A stretch of 32,000 bases of DNA from Akkermansia muciniphila ATCC BAA-835 (lineage in GTDB: Bacteria > Verrucomicrobiota > Verrucomicrobiia > Verrucomicrobiales > Akkermansiaceae): positions 2,130,001-2,162,000 of the forward strand of contig NC_010655.1 of the NCBI RefSeq assembly GCF_000020225.1, given 5' to 3'. Numbering within the stretch: the first letter of the stretch is position 1; each line of letters begins with the position of its first letter. Below the pieces are notes generated by a model. The model saw only the letters and a list, made by a program, of their open reading frames with translations. It was not told the origin of the DNA and did no database searches. The translations under genes were made by a program, and so were the position numbers. Of the stretch, positions 14,660 to 21,738 are shown in pieces.

Positions 14660-16327
14660 CTAGATACGGAACCGGTGTTTCTGCACGGTCAGTTTATAAA
14701 ACAGGTCGTAGCGGGCGTTGAGCAGGGGCTGGAGGTATTCTACCCCTCCGGCTACCTGACCGCGGATGTCCGCATACAGTTTTCGGTAGTCGGAAAGTCC
14801 GCTGATCATGGCTTCATACAGGGGGGTGCGTAGCCCGCATTCCACGGCAATGTGCATTTCCGCCGCTGCGGCCACGATCTGGCGGGACAGGCGGAACTGC
14901 ATCCAGGCCAGCCCCAGGTTGCCGCCCACCCAGACGGCCAGGGCCGCGCCTACGCAGGCGAACCCTGCTGCGTGCTCTCCGAAACAGCCCAGCAGGGCTC
15001 CCAGAATCACCAGAAGGAGCATCAGCTTGATTTCCGTCCTCATCACATCCTCCTGATCCAGAAAAAGCTTGCTGAGGCACGGCTTGATGCCGAAGTCCTT
15101 CAGGGGCATGTAAATGGAACGTCCCAGCCTCTCCTTGTACACTTCCAGATCCGTCTGGAGTTTTGCGGCCGGGAAATCCCCTATGTCGCAGTCCCATTGT
15201 TCCTTCACGCGCGGGCGCACATGGTTCCAGTGCGTCTGGCAGATGTTCAGGAATTCCTTGTTGTAATACGCGTGCCGTTCCTCAATGCCGGATTTGACCA
15301 GCTCATAAAACCATTCGTCAATGACGGGAGGAAGTTTGTGCAGGATCATCGTGCGCCGGATGGATAGGAAACGCCCCATCTGGCGTGCCGACTTTTTCCC
15401 CAGACGCGGCACGCAGTCCTGCACGTATTGCGCGTACGCCTTGAGGCGTGCCGGCATTTCATCCTCCATCTGGAGCTGGATGCGGTCGATTTCCCGGTCA
15501 ATAGACGTCAGGAAGCCGGAATCCATCTTGGAAAGGCGGCTCAGTTCATCAAGCACCTTCCCCTGTTCTTCCAGAAGGCTGTCCGTAGCCAGCAGGAGGC
15601 GTTCCACGCGCTTGTCCGTCAGCGGGCTGCGTTTCAGCACTTCCTGAACGCATGCCGTCAGGGCTTCCACTCCTTCCCCTGCATGCTCTCCGGCGGTCGT
15701 GACAGGGTACAGAGGCAGCTGCACGCCCAGGTGTTCCCGGGAGGTGGAGCGTAGCTCCTCTTTCAAGGATTGAAGCTTCTCAAAGGAGAGCAGCTCCGCA
15801 TGGGTGATGACGAGAACCATGCGGGAATGAAGACGTTCCTCCAGCGTCCGGAGATAGTCCCACAGGGCGGAATGGTTGCCGTCACTGGCGGAAATAACCA
15901 CAAGGATGGCATCCGATTTGGGAACGATGTGCTTCAGCTTTCTGGGGGCATCCTCCTGTTCCAGGCCGATGGTATCCCAGAACTCCAGGTTGAGCAGGGC
16001 GTCCGACGGGTAAAAAAGGTCCAGAACCCATTCATGGGTGTGTGGGGCGGGATGAGGCCTGTACTGCCAGCGGACCAGTGTGGCTTCACTGGACACGCGG
16101 GAACAGAACTGTTCCCCGGCCAGGGCGTCCAGCGTAGAGGATTTGCCGGACCCTGTCATGCCGATGACGGTGACATTCTGCGGAGAGCAGCATTCGGCCA
16201 GGGCTTCCTCCACCTTTTTCTGGGAATCGAAATGACGGTCGGGGCCGATGCGGGCGGAAAACGCCGCGGCGGCATCCGCTACGTCCCGCACCGCATGCGG
16301 AATCACGTTTTTTCCTCCTGTCAGCAT
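14660..16327 (-). CDS. Dynamin-like/mitofusin-like large GTPase with a C-proximal transmembrane hairpin
   Basis: G1 is VIGMTGSGKSSTLDALAG (dynamin_N-like) and G3 is FWDTIGLE. The G4 position reads VLVITHAEL rather than N/TKxD. A long helical region follows, then a hydrophobic hairpin MLLLVILGALLGCFGEHAAGFACVGAALAVWVGGNLGLAWM and about 75 aa of helical tail. Confidence 0.7.
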   Translation of the reverse strand: MLTGGKNVIPHAVRDVADAAAAFSARIGPDRHFDSQKKVEEALAECCSPQNVTVIGMTGSGKSSTLDALAGEQFCSRVSSEATLVRWQYRPHPAPHTHEWVLDLFYPSDALLNLEFWDTIGLEQEDAPRKLKHIVPKSDAILVVISASDGNHSALWDYLRTLEERLHSRMVLVITHAELLSFEKLQSLKEELRSTSREHLGVQLPLYPVTTAGEHAGEGVEALTACVQEVLKRSPLTDKRVERLLLATDSLLEEQGKVLDELSRLSKMDSGFLTSIDREIDRIQLQMEDEMPARLKAYAQYVQDCVPRLGKKSARQMGRFLSIRRTMILHKLPPVIDEWFYELVKSGIEERHAYYNKEFLNICQTHWNHVRPRVKEQWDCDIGDFPAAKLQTDLEVYKERLGRSIYMPLKDFGIKPCLSKLFLDQEDVMRTEIKLMLLLVILGALLGCFGEHAAGFACVGAALAVWVGGNLGLAWMQFRLSRQIVAAAAEMHIAVECGLRTPLYEAMISGLSDYRKLYADIRGQVAGGVEYLQPLLNARYDLFYKLTVQKHRFRI

Positions 16328-16358
16328 GGGGTGATGAAATCAGGTCTCCGTCCGGGCT

Positions 16359-16376
16359 GTTCCGGTTTTCCGGAAC
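16359..16376. other. Perfect palindrome GTTCCGG-TTTT-CCGGAAC between yggS and the GTPase gene
   Basis: Read directly from the sequence: a 7-bp stem and a 4-nt loop. No flanking T tract is present on the transcribed (minus) strand, so the function is unknown. Confidence 0.4.
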
Positions 16377-16413
16377 AAACCTACACGCCGCTTTTCCTTC
16401 TGTCCAACTAAAA

Positions 16414-17109
16414 TCACGAAGCGGGAGCGTACGAGCGGCCGCCGAAAATAGCCGTCCCTACGCGGACGAGCGTGGCTCCTTCCTCTATTGCCGTTTCAAA
16501 GTCGTGGCTCATGCCCATGGACAGTTCCGTCAGCGTGGCTCCTCCCCTGCCGGACAGGACTTCCTTCAGCTCCCGGAGGCGGCGGAAATAGGGCCGCGCC
16601 TCCTCCGGATTTTCCACCGGGGGGGGAATGCACATAAGGCCGGCGATTTCAAGATGGTTCAGGGAGGACAGCTCCGGCCATTCCTTTTCCAGGGTTTCCG
16701 GGAAGAATCCGAACTTACTGTCTTCATTGCCTACGTTCACTTCCAGCAAAATGCGGGGCCGTTTTCCCGTTTCCTGAGCCACGGTATCCATGAACCGGGC
16801 CAGGCGCAGGGAGTCCACGGCATGGATCAGCGTGAAATATTCCAGGGCCTTGCGCACCTTGTTGCGCTGGAGGGGGCCAATGAGATGCCATTCCGTATCC
16901 GGAGGAAGGGAGGGGATTTTTCCCAGTCCCTCCTGGACCTTGTTTTCACCGAAAATGCGCTGGCCCGCATCATGGCACGCTTTCACATCCTCTGCGGGAA
17001 AAGTTTTGCTGACGGCGACGAGGCGGACGGAACCCGCCGGACGTCCGGCGCGGAGTTCCGCTGCGCGTATGCGGGAGAGAATATGTTCCAGATTTTGTTG
17101 GATGCTCAT
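16414..17109 (-). CDS. yggS: YggS/PLPBP-family pyridoxal-phosphate homeostasis protein
   Basis: Carries LVAVSKTFP (PLP lysine), FGENKVQE, WHLIGPLQRNKV and LSMGMSHDFETAIEEGATLVRVGTAIFG. Confidence 0.92.
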   Translation of the reverse strand: MSIQQNLEHILSRIRAAELRAGRPAGSVRLVAVSKTFPAEDVKACHDAGQRIFGENKVQEGLGKIPSLPPDTEWHLIGPLQRNKVRKALEYFTLIHAVDSLRLARFMDTVAQETGKRPRILLEVNVGNEDSKFGFFPETLEKEWPELSSLNHLEIAGLMCIPPPVENPEEARPYFRRLRELKEVLSGRGGATLTELSMGMSHDFETAIEEGATLVRVGTAIFGGRSYAPAS

Positions 17110-17119
17110 GATGGATGGT

Positions 17120-17683
17120 TCAGTTCAGGGATGGCTGTGCGGACGCGTGGCTCATGATATGGTGCAGGGGAGAGAGCCGCCGCATGGCCATGGCCCAGAC
17201 CTTGGAAGAATCCGTTTCCAGGCAGATGTCCGGCACCATGGGGGAAACATACCAGGCACGGTCATTCAGTTCCCGGCGCAGCTGGGGCGGCGTCCATCCG
17301 CTATGGCCTACGTAGGCGCGCAGGATGGCGCGGGGGTCTTCCAGGTATTCCAGGGCCTGTTCCTCCTGCAGATGAAACTGGACGCGCAATTTATCCTCCG
17401 TGCGGATGAAAGCGGCGAAGATGAGCTGGTTGCGTTCTACGGGTCCTCCCTTGAAGATGGGCACGGCGTAAAGGGATTCCGGTATTTCCGTATGGCGGGC
17501 TACGTCCCCCACATTCATGCCGGACGGATGATTCAAAATATGGCCGATGACAAATTCCTTCTCCGCCCGGCTCAGGAAGATGACGGAATGATGGAATCCG
17601 GCGCCATCCAGGTAGGGGGCGGCAACCAGAAGGTGCCCCGCCAGGTTTTCATTGCTGATATCTTCGTGTTCCATCATGGCCAT
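17120..17683 (-). CDS. yqgE: YqgE/AlgH-family (UPF0301) protein
   Basis: 187 aa. It has GHLLVAAPYLDGAGFHHSVIFL...GHILNHP...GGPVE, typical of the family. Confidence 0.8.
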   Translation of the reverse strand: MAMMEHEDISNENLAGHLLVAAPYLDGAGFHHSVIFLSRAEKEFVIGHILNHPSGMNVGDVARHTEIPESLYAVPIFKGGPVERNQLIFAAFIRTEDKLRVQFHLQEEQALEYLEDPRAILRAYVGHSGWTPPQLRRELNDRAWYVSPMVPDICLETDSSKVWAMAMRRLSPLHHIMSHASAQPSLN

Positions 17684-17791
17684 AAATCTACGTTACCAAA
17701 TGTGACGGATGCAGGCAACCATGCGTTCAAACGGCCATGTCAGGAGGCGGTGAAAACGGAACACCGGAAAAACAGGAGGGAAGGGGAGCTT

Positions 17792-18649
17792 TTACCCGAG
17801 TGTATAGCGGGTCCCTCCGGAGGAACGGACGGCGGTTCTTGAATTTCCGGACGTCCTGCGGGCGACCGCCCTCCTGGAGGGAACGGATTTTTTCCCGGTT
17901 GATGCCGTTTGCTTGCGGGAAAGGGCAACGGCGGGGGGGCGGGAAGCCCTGCGGCGGTGGGAAATGACGGAGGCCGTATTGGCGTTTTCCATGCGGTCTG
18001 GAGCGGAAGCCATGACCAGCAGGGGAGAATCCTGCATTTTTTCCGCCTGGGCCAGGGCTTTCAGAGACGCGTCAATGGAACAGCGTTCGATTACGACCGG
18101 GTCACCGGTACGGAGCAGGTTGAAGGCCTCATATACGTCATTGCTCGTCATCCGGACGCAGCCGTAGGAGGCGGGGGTGCCGATGGTGCGTTCCTCCGCC
18201 GTACCGTGGATATAAATCAGGCGCGAGTGAGCGTTCCGGTTACGGGGTTCCAGGCCTTCCAGCCACATGATGCGCGTGACGATGGGGTCCCGGCCCGGAG
18301 AATTGGGCGCGACGCATTCCCCGGTGGGCTTGCGGCTTTTAAACACCATGCCCTTGGGTTGTCCGCTGCCGATTTTGGAAGCGATGCGATGGGCGCCCAG
18401 AGGAGTGCGGCAGCTTCCCTTTCTGTCTCCCAGGCCGAATTTGGAAGTGCTGACAGGGTAGGTCTTCACCACCCGGCCATTGCGCATGACGGCCATTTTC
18501 TGGTCCCTGACGCTGACGACCGCGCCGTCTTTCACGATGGCAGTGGGCTCATAATCCGGACGGGAACAGGATGCCAGGACTCCGAACACAGCGAAAGCTG
18601 CGCCGGCGAGTTGAATCAGGCGTGCTGCTTGCGAGAGAGGCGCAGGCAT
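17792..18649 (-). CDS. L,D-transpeptidase (YkuD domain) lipoprotein with a basic disordered C-terminal tail
   Basis: Lipobox-like N-terminus ...FGVLASCSRP, catalytic motif LIYIHGT...SYGCVRM, and a last ~70 aa rich in R/S/T/A. Confidence 0.85.
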   Translation of the reverse strand: MPAPLSQAARLIQLAGAAFAVFGVLASCSRPDYEPTAIVKDGAVVSVRDQKMAVMRNGRVVKTYPVSTSKFGLGDRKGSCRTPLGAHRIASKIGSGQPKGMVFKSRKPTGECVAPNSPGRDPIVTRIMWLEGLEPRNRNAHSRLIYIHGTAEERTIGTPASYGCVRMTSNDVYEAFNLLRTGDPVVIERCSIDASLKALAQAEKMQDSPLLVMASAPDRMENANTASVISHRRRASRPPAVALSRKQTASTGKKSVPSRRAVARRTSGNSRTAVRSSGGTRYTLG

Positions 18650-18659
18650 GGGAAAGGCG

Positions 18660-20177
18660 TCAGTTCTTGGCTTTGGCAGTTTGCTTGGCGGGCAGCAGGT
18701 TGGAAATCATGCGGCCCAGGGAACAGAAACCTGTGTAATAGAAACCCAGGAAAGGAATCATCAGGATGGGGGAAAGGTAATGGCCCTGGCGGATCATGAT
18801 GATGATCAGGTTCAGGAAGAAAGTTCCGCAGGCGATTTCCAGAACGGGAATGACGACGGATTTAATAGCCCGGTACCCGTTGCGTTTGAGCTGGGAGACG
18901 TGCCGACGGTCTTCCTTCCGGTCTACGCCGTATTTGGGCGTGCGGACGAAGGCGGACTGATGGCCGAAGATGGCTTCCAGAACAGCCTTGGCGTTGTTGA
19001 CCGCCATGCCCACGCTCAGCGTGAGAAGGAGGGGGAGGTACGGCAGTTCCTTCCACCAGGATTTGGGACGCACCACGATTTGGGCGCTCATGTAAAAGAT
19101 GCAGACGGCCACGCTGGTCATGAAGAACAGGGCCACATTCACAAACCACATGAAGACCGTTTCATTTTCCGGAATACGCTGCGTGCAGATGGGGTACACC
19201 AGGAAGCAGAGCAATGCCAGGAGCAGATAGGAATAATTGCAGGTGAGGTGGGTGGTGGCTTCTACCTTGGCTTTAAGGGGGGCATTGGAGCGCCAGATGT
19301 CCAGCAGGATTTTCTGGCAGACCTGAATGGAACCCTTGGTCCACCGGTGCTGCTGGGACTTGAACCCGTCCATGTCCACGGGAAGTTCCGCCGGGGTAAC
19401 GACGTCGTTCAGGTAGATGAAGCGCCAGCCCCTGAGCTGGACACGGTAGGAAAGGTCCATGTCTTCCGTCAGGGTGTCATGGGACCATCCGCCTGCGTCG
19501 CCGATCACGCACTTGCGCCATATGCCGGCAGTGCCGTTGAAGGTGAAGAAGCGGCCGGAACGGTTGCGAGCCGTCTGTTCCATGGCAAAATGGCCGTCCA
19601 GGTACATCCCCTGGATGCGGGTAAGGAGATTGTATTCACGGTTGATGTGGCCCCAGCGGGTTTGAACGAGGCCCACGTTTTCATCCGTGAAGAAATGGAT
19701 GGTTTTTTGCAGGAGATCCGGTTCCGGAACGAAGTCAGCATCCAGAATCAGCAGGAATTCCCCCTTCGCTACTTTGGTAGCCGCTTCCAGCGCGCCTGCC
19801 TTGAAGCCGGTGCGGTCCGTGCGGTGGATGCAGACGGCGTCAAAGCCGCGGGACTTTAATTCCTCCACCTTGCGGTAGCATTGTTCCGTGGTGTCGTCTG
19901 TAGAATCGTCCAGAATCTGGATTTCCAGCTTGTCCTGCGGATAATCCAGAGCGGCTACGGATTCCAGAAGGCGGTCCACGACGAACTTCTCATTGAACAT
20001 GGGGAGCTGGACCGTCACGACGGGCAGTTCCTGGAAGCGTGCTTTGGGCTGGGGCTTGTTATTACGGTTCTTCCAGTACAGGTAAACGATGCTCAGGCGG
20101 TGGAAGCCATATCCTGCCAGGCCGACGAGGACCAGAAGATAGCACAAAAGCCAGATAAAATTGTAATTTAAAGACAT
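18660..20177 (-). CDS. Family-2 glycosyltransferase, membrane-embedded processive synthase type (CslA/cellulose-synthase-like)
   Basis: Carries VTVQLPMFNE, ILDDSTDDT, LILDADF, TEDMDLS and QQHRWTKG (the D,D,D,QxxRW set). It has an N-terminal TM helix and several C-terminal TM helices. The start is set at ATG 20177 (MSLNYNFIWLL...). Confidence 0.85.
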   Translation of the reverse strand: MSLNYNFIWLLCYLLVLVGLAGYGFHRLSIVYLYWKNRNNKPQPKARFQELPVVTVQLPMFNEKFVVDRLLESVAALDYPQDKLEIQILDDSTDDTTEQCYRKVEELKSRGFDAVCIHRTDRTGFKAGALEAATKVAKGEFLLILDADFVPEPDLLQKTIHFFTDENVGLVQTRWGHINREYNLLTRIQGMYLDGHFAMEQTARNRSGRFFTFNGTAGIWRKCVIGDAGGWSHDTLTEDMDLSYRVQLRGWRFIYLNDVVTPAELPVDMDGFKSQQHRWTKGSIQVCQKILLDIWRSNAPLKAKVEATTHLTCNYSYLLLALLCFLVYPICTQRIPENETVFMWFVNVALFFMTSVAVCIFYMSAQIVVRPKSWWKELPYLPLLLTLSVGMAVNNAKAVLEAIFGHQSAFVRTPKYGVDRKEDRRHVSQLKRNGYRAIKSVVIPVLEIACGTFFLNLIIIMIRQGHYLSPILMIPFLGFYYTGFCSLGRMISNLLPAKQTAKAKN

Positions 20178-20311
20178 GCAGGGGGTACAAAGGGGGTTGG
20201 TATCTTTTTGCGTCAGGGAAGGGGGATTTCCTTGACGTGACGCCCGTATAGGACACCATAGGGCGAGAGTCAAGACATATTCCGTTTTGCTTAACCTTTT
20301 TGAGTGTTGTT

Positions 20312-21202
20312 ATGAAGAGATTGTATCTGCTGGCCGCAGCTGTATCCGTCACGGGGGGAATGGCGTTTTCCGCTCCACAAGAAGATGCCCCGGAGAAGGA
20401 GGCGGCAGTACTGGATGTGCAAACGCCGCCGTCCGGCAAGCAGGACCAGCCGGCCATTCCGGAACGCCTGCTGGACGACTCCCACATGAATGAGGAGCTG
20501 GGCATCAACGAATTTACCGCGCCGTCCATCCGCAAGATTTTTGAAGATTTGGAGGGGCTTCCTGAAATACCGGAAAAGGTGGCCTTGCGCGCACGCCCGG
20601 AGCGGCCTCCCATGGACCGCTGTTCCCTGGCTCTCCAGTTGGGCGGCATGATGGCGGACGGCTTCGTAATCGTGCAGTGCGGCAAGATGAATGAGGTGAA
20701 ACCCATTGCTCTGGATCTTTCCAGCTATGCAAAGGCCATTGGCGCCGGAGAGAGGGTGAACCGCCACGCCGCCAGCCTGCTGAAAAATGCGGAAGACGGG
20801 GATTTGAGCAGTTTCAAAAACAACTTGGCCCTTATTCAATCCGATGTGGAACAGGAACTCGCCTCCCTGAGGGATTCCGATATGGCGAACCTGATCGGCC
20901 TGGGGGGATGGATACGCGCCCTGGACGCCGCTACCGCGGCTCTGGATAACAAATTTGCGGAGGACAAGGCGAAAGTCATTTTCCAGCCGGATGTCCCGGA
21001 ATATTTTCATTATATTCTGGACGGGGTGGAGCCGGAAATGAAGGAACGCCGGGACATTGCCAAAATCATGAACCTTCTGACGGTCTTGCAGGAGCAGATG
21101 ACGCTGGCTCCGGACGCCAAACCCGACAAGGCCGGCGTGGAAGCCATCCGCAAAACGACGCTGGAGTTGCTCAAGGCGGCTCTGGCCCCTGTGGAATCAT
21201 AA
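20312..21202 (+). CDS. Secreted hypothetical protein (predominantly helical; no family recognised)
   Basis: The N-terminus is Sec-signal-like (MKRLYLLAAAVSVTGGMAFSAPQ). Composition is protein-like and the ORF is uninterrupted. The antisense ORFs here are Arg/Gly/Pro-rich junk. The track start 20300 is a TTG, so I used ATG 20312. Confidence 0.65.
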   Translation: MKRLYLLAAAVSVTGGMAFSAPQEDAPEKEAAVLDVQTPPSGKQDQPAIPERLLDDSHMNEELGINEFTAPSIRKIFEDLEGLPEIPEKVALRARPERPPMDRCSLALQLGGMMADGFVIVQCGKMNEVKPIALDLSSYAKAIGAGERVNRHAASLLKNAEDGDLSSFKNNLALIQSDVEQELASLRDSDMANLIGLGGWIRALDAATAALDNKFAEDKAKVIFQPDVPEYFHYILDGVEPEMKERRDIAKIMNLLTVLQEQMTLAPDAKPDKAGVEAIRKTTLELLKAALAPVES

Positions 21203-21228
21203 TTCCTCTCTCCGGCAGGCATACATCT

Positions 21229-21606
21229 ATGGTTCTTCCCCTTTTGACCAGTCTGGAAGTGCGTCTTACTCCCCGCAGCCTGTACTTGCGGAATGAAAAA
21301 CTGGAGCGGATGATTCGGGATGATGGCCGCATCCCGATGCCTTACAACGTAAGCATCCGCAATGCGGGAGACGGCGCCGTGCGCATCATCGGCAAAAAGT
21401 GGACCGTCCGTTCCCATGAAGACGGCACCCAGGTGATTGAAGGGGATGAACTGTTCGGTTCACGCCCCCTGTTGTGCCAGGGACAGATTTTTGCGTTCAA
21501 CGGCCTTCAGATGCTGCGGTTGCCGGCGCGCATCCAGTTGACTCTCCTTGTCCGGGACGAGGCGGGAATCCTTTATCATACGGATCCCGTCAGCCTTAAA
21601 TGGTGA
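21229..21606 (+). CDS. apaG: ApaG-like (DUF525) protein
   Basis: 125 aa. YNVSIRNAGDGAVRIIGKKWTV...TQVIEGDELFGSRPLLCQGQIFAFNG aligns by eye with the ApaG pattern Y.V.IRN.G...V.L.GR.W.I......V.G.GVVG.QP.L.PG..F.Y.S. Confidence 0.65.
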   Translation: MVLPLLTSLEVRLTPRSLYLRNEKLERMIRDDGRIPMPYNVSIRNAGDGAVRIIGKKWTVRSHEDGTQVIEGDELFGSRPLLCQGQIFAFNGLQMLRLPARIQLTLLVRDEAGILYHTDPVSLKW

Positions 21607-21609
21607 AAT

Positions 21610-21643
21610 AAAAAGCCCTGCAATATTCATGCAGGGCTTTTTT
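21610..21643. terminator. Bidirectional Rho-independent terminator shared by the convergent apaG-like and SNF2 genes
   Basis: AAAAGCCCTGCA (21611-21622) pairs perfectly with TGCAGGGCTTTT (21630-21641) around a 7-nt loop. A T run follows on the plus strand and an A run precedes it, which is a T run on the minus strand. Confidence 0.85.
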
Positions 21644-21738
21644 CTGGATAAGGGATAGAGGAAGAATCTGAGGATAAAAGTCTATAAGTTAATAAGACTG
21701 TTCCTTAATTCCTACTTCCTCTAATTGTTGCTTTCGAG

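Noticed and set aside
16613-16626. G8/C8 homopolymer runs in yggS (about 16619-16626) and SNF2 (about 24054-24061), and a G7 run in the L,D-transpeptidase tail (about 17932-17938)
   Set aside because: They encode Pro/Gly runs in GC-rich housekeeping genes, which is expected at this base composition. There is no reason to invoke phase variation without population data.
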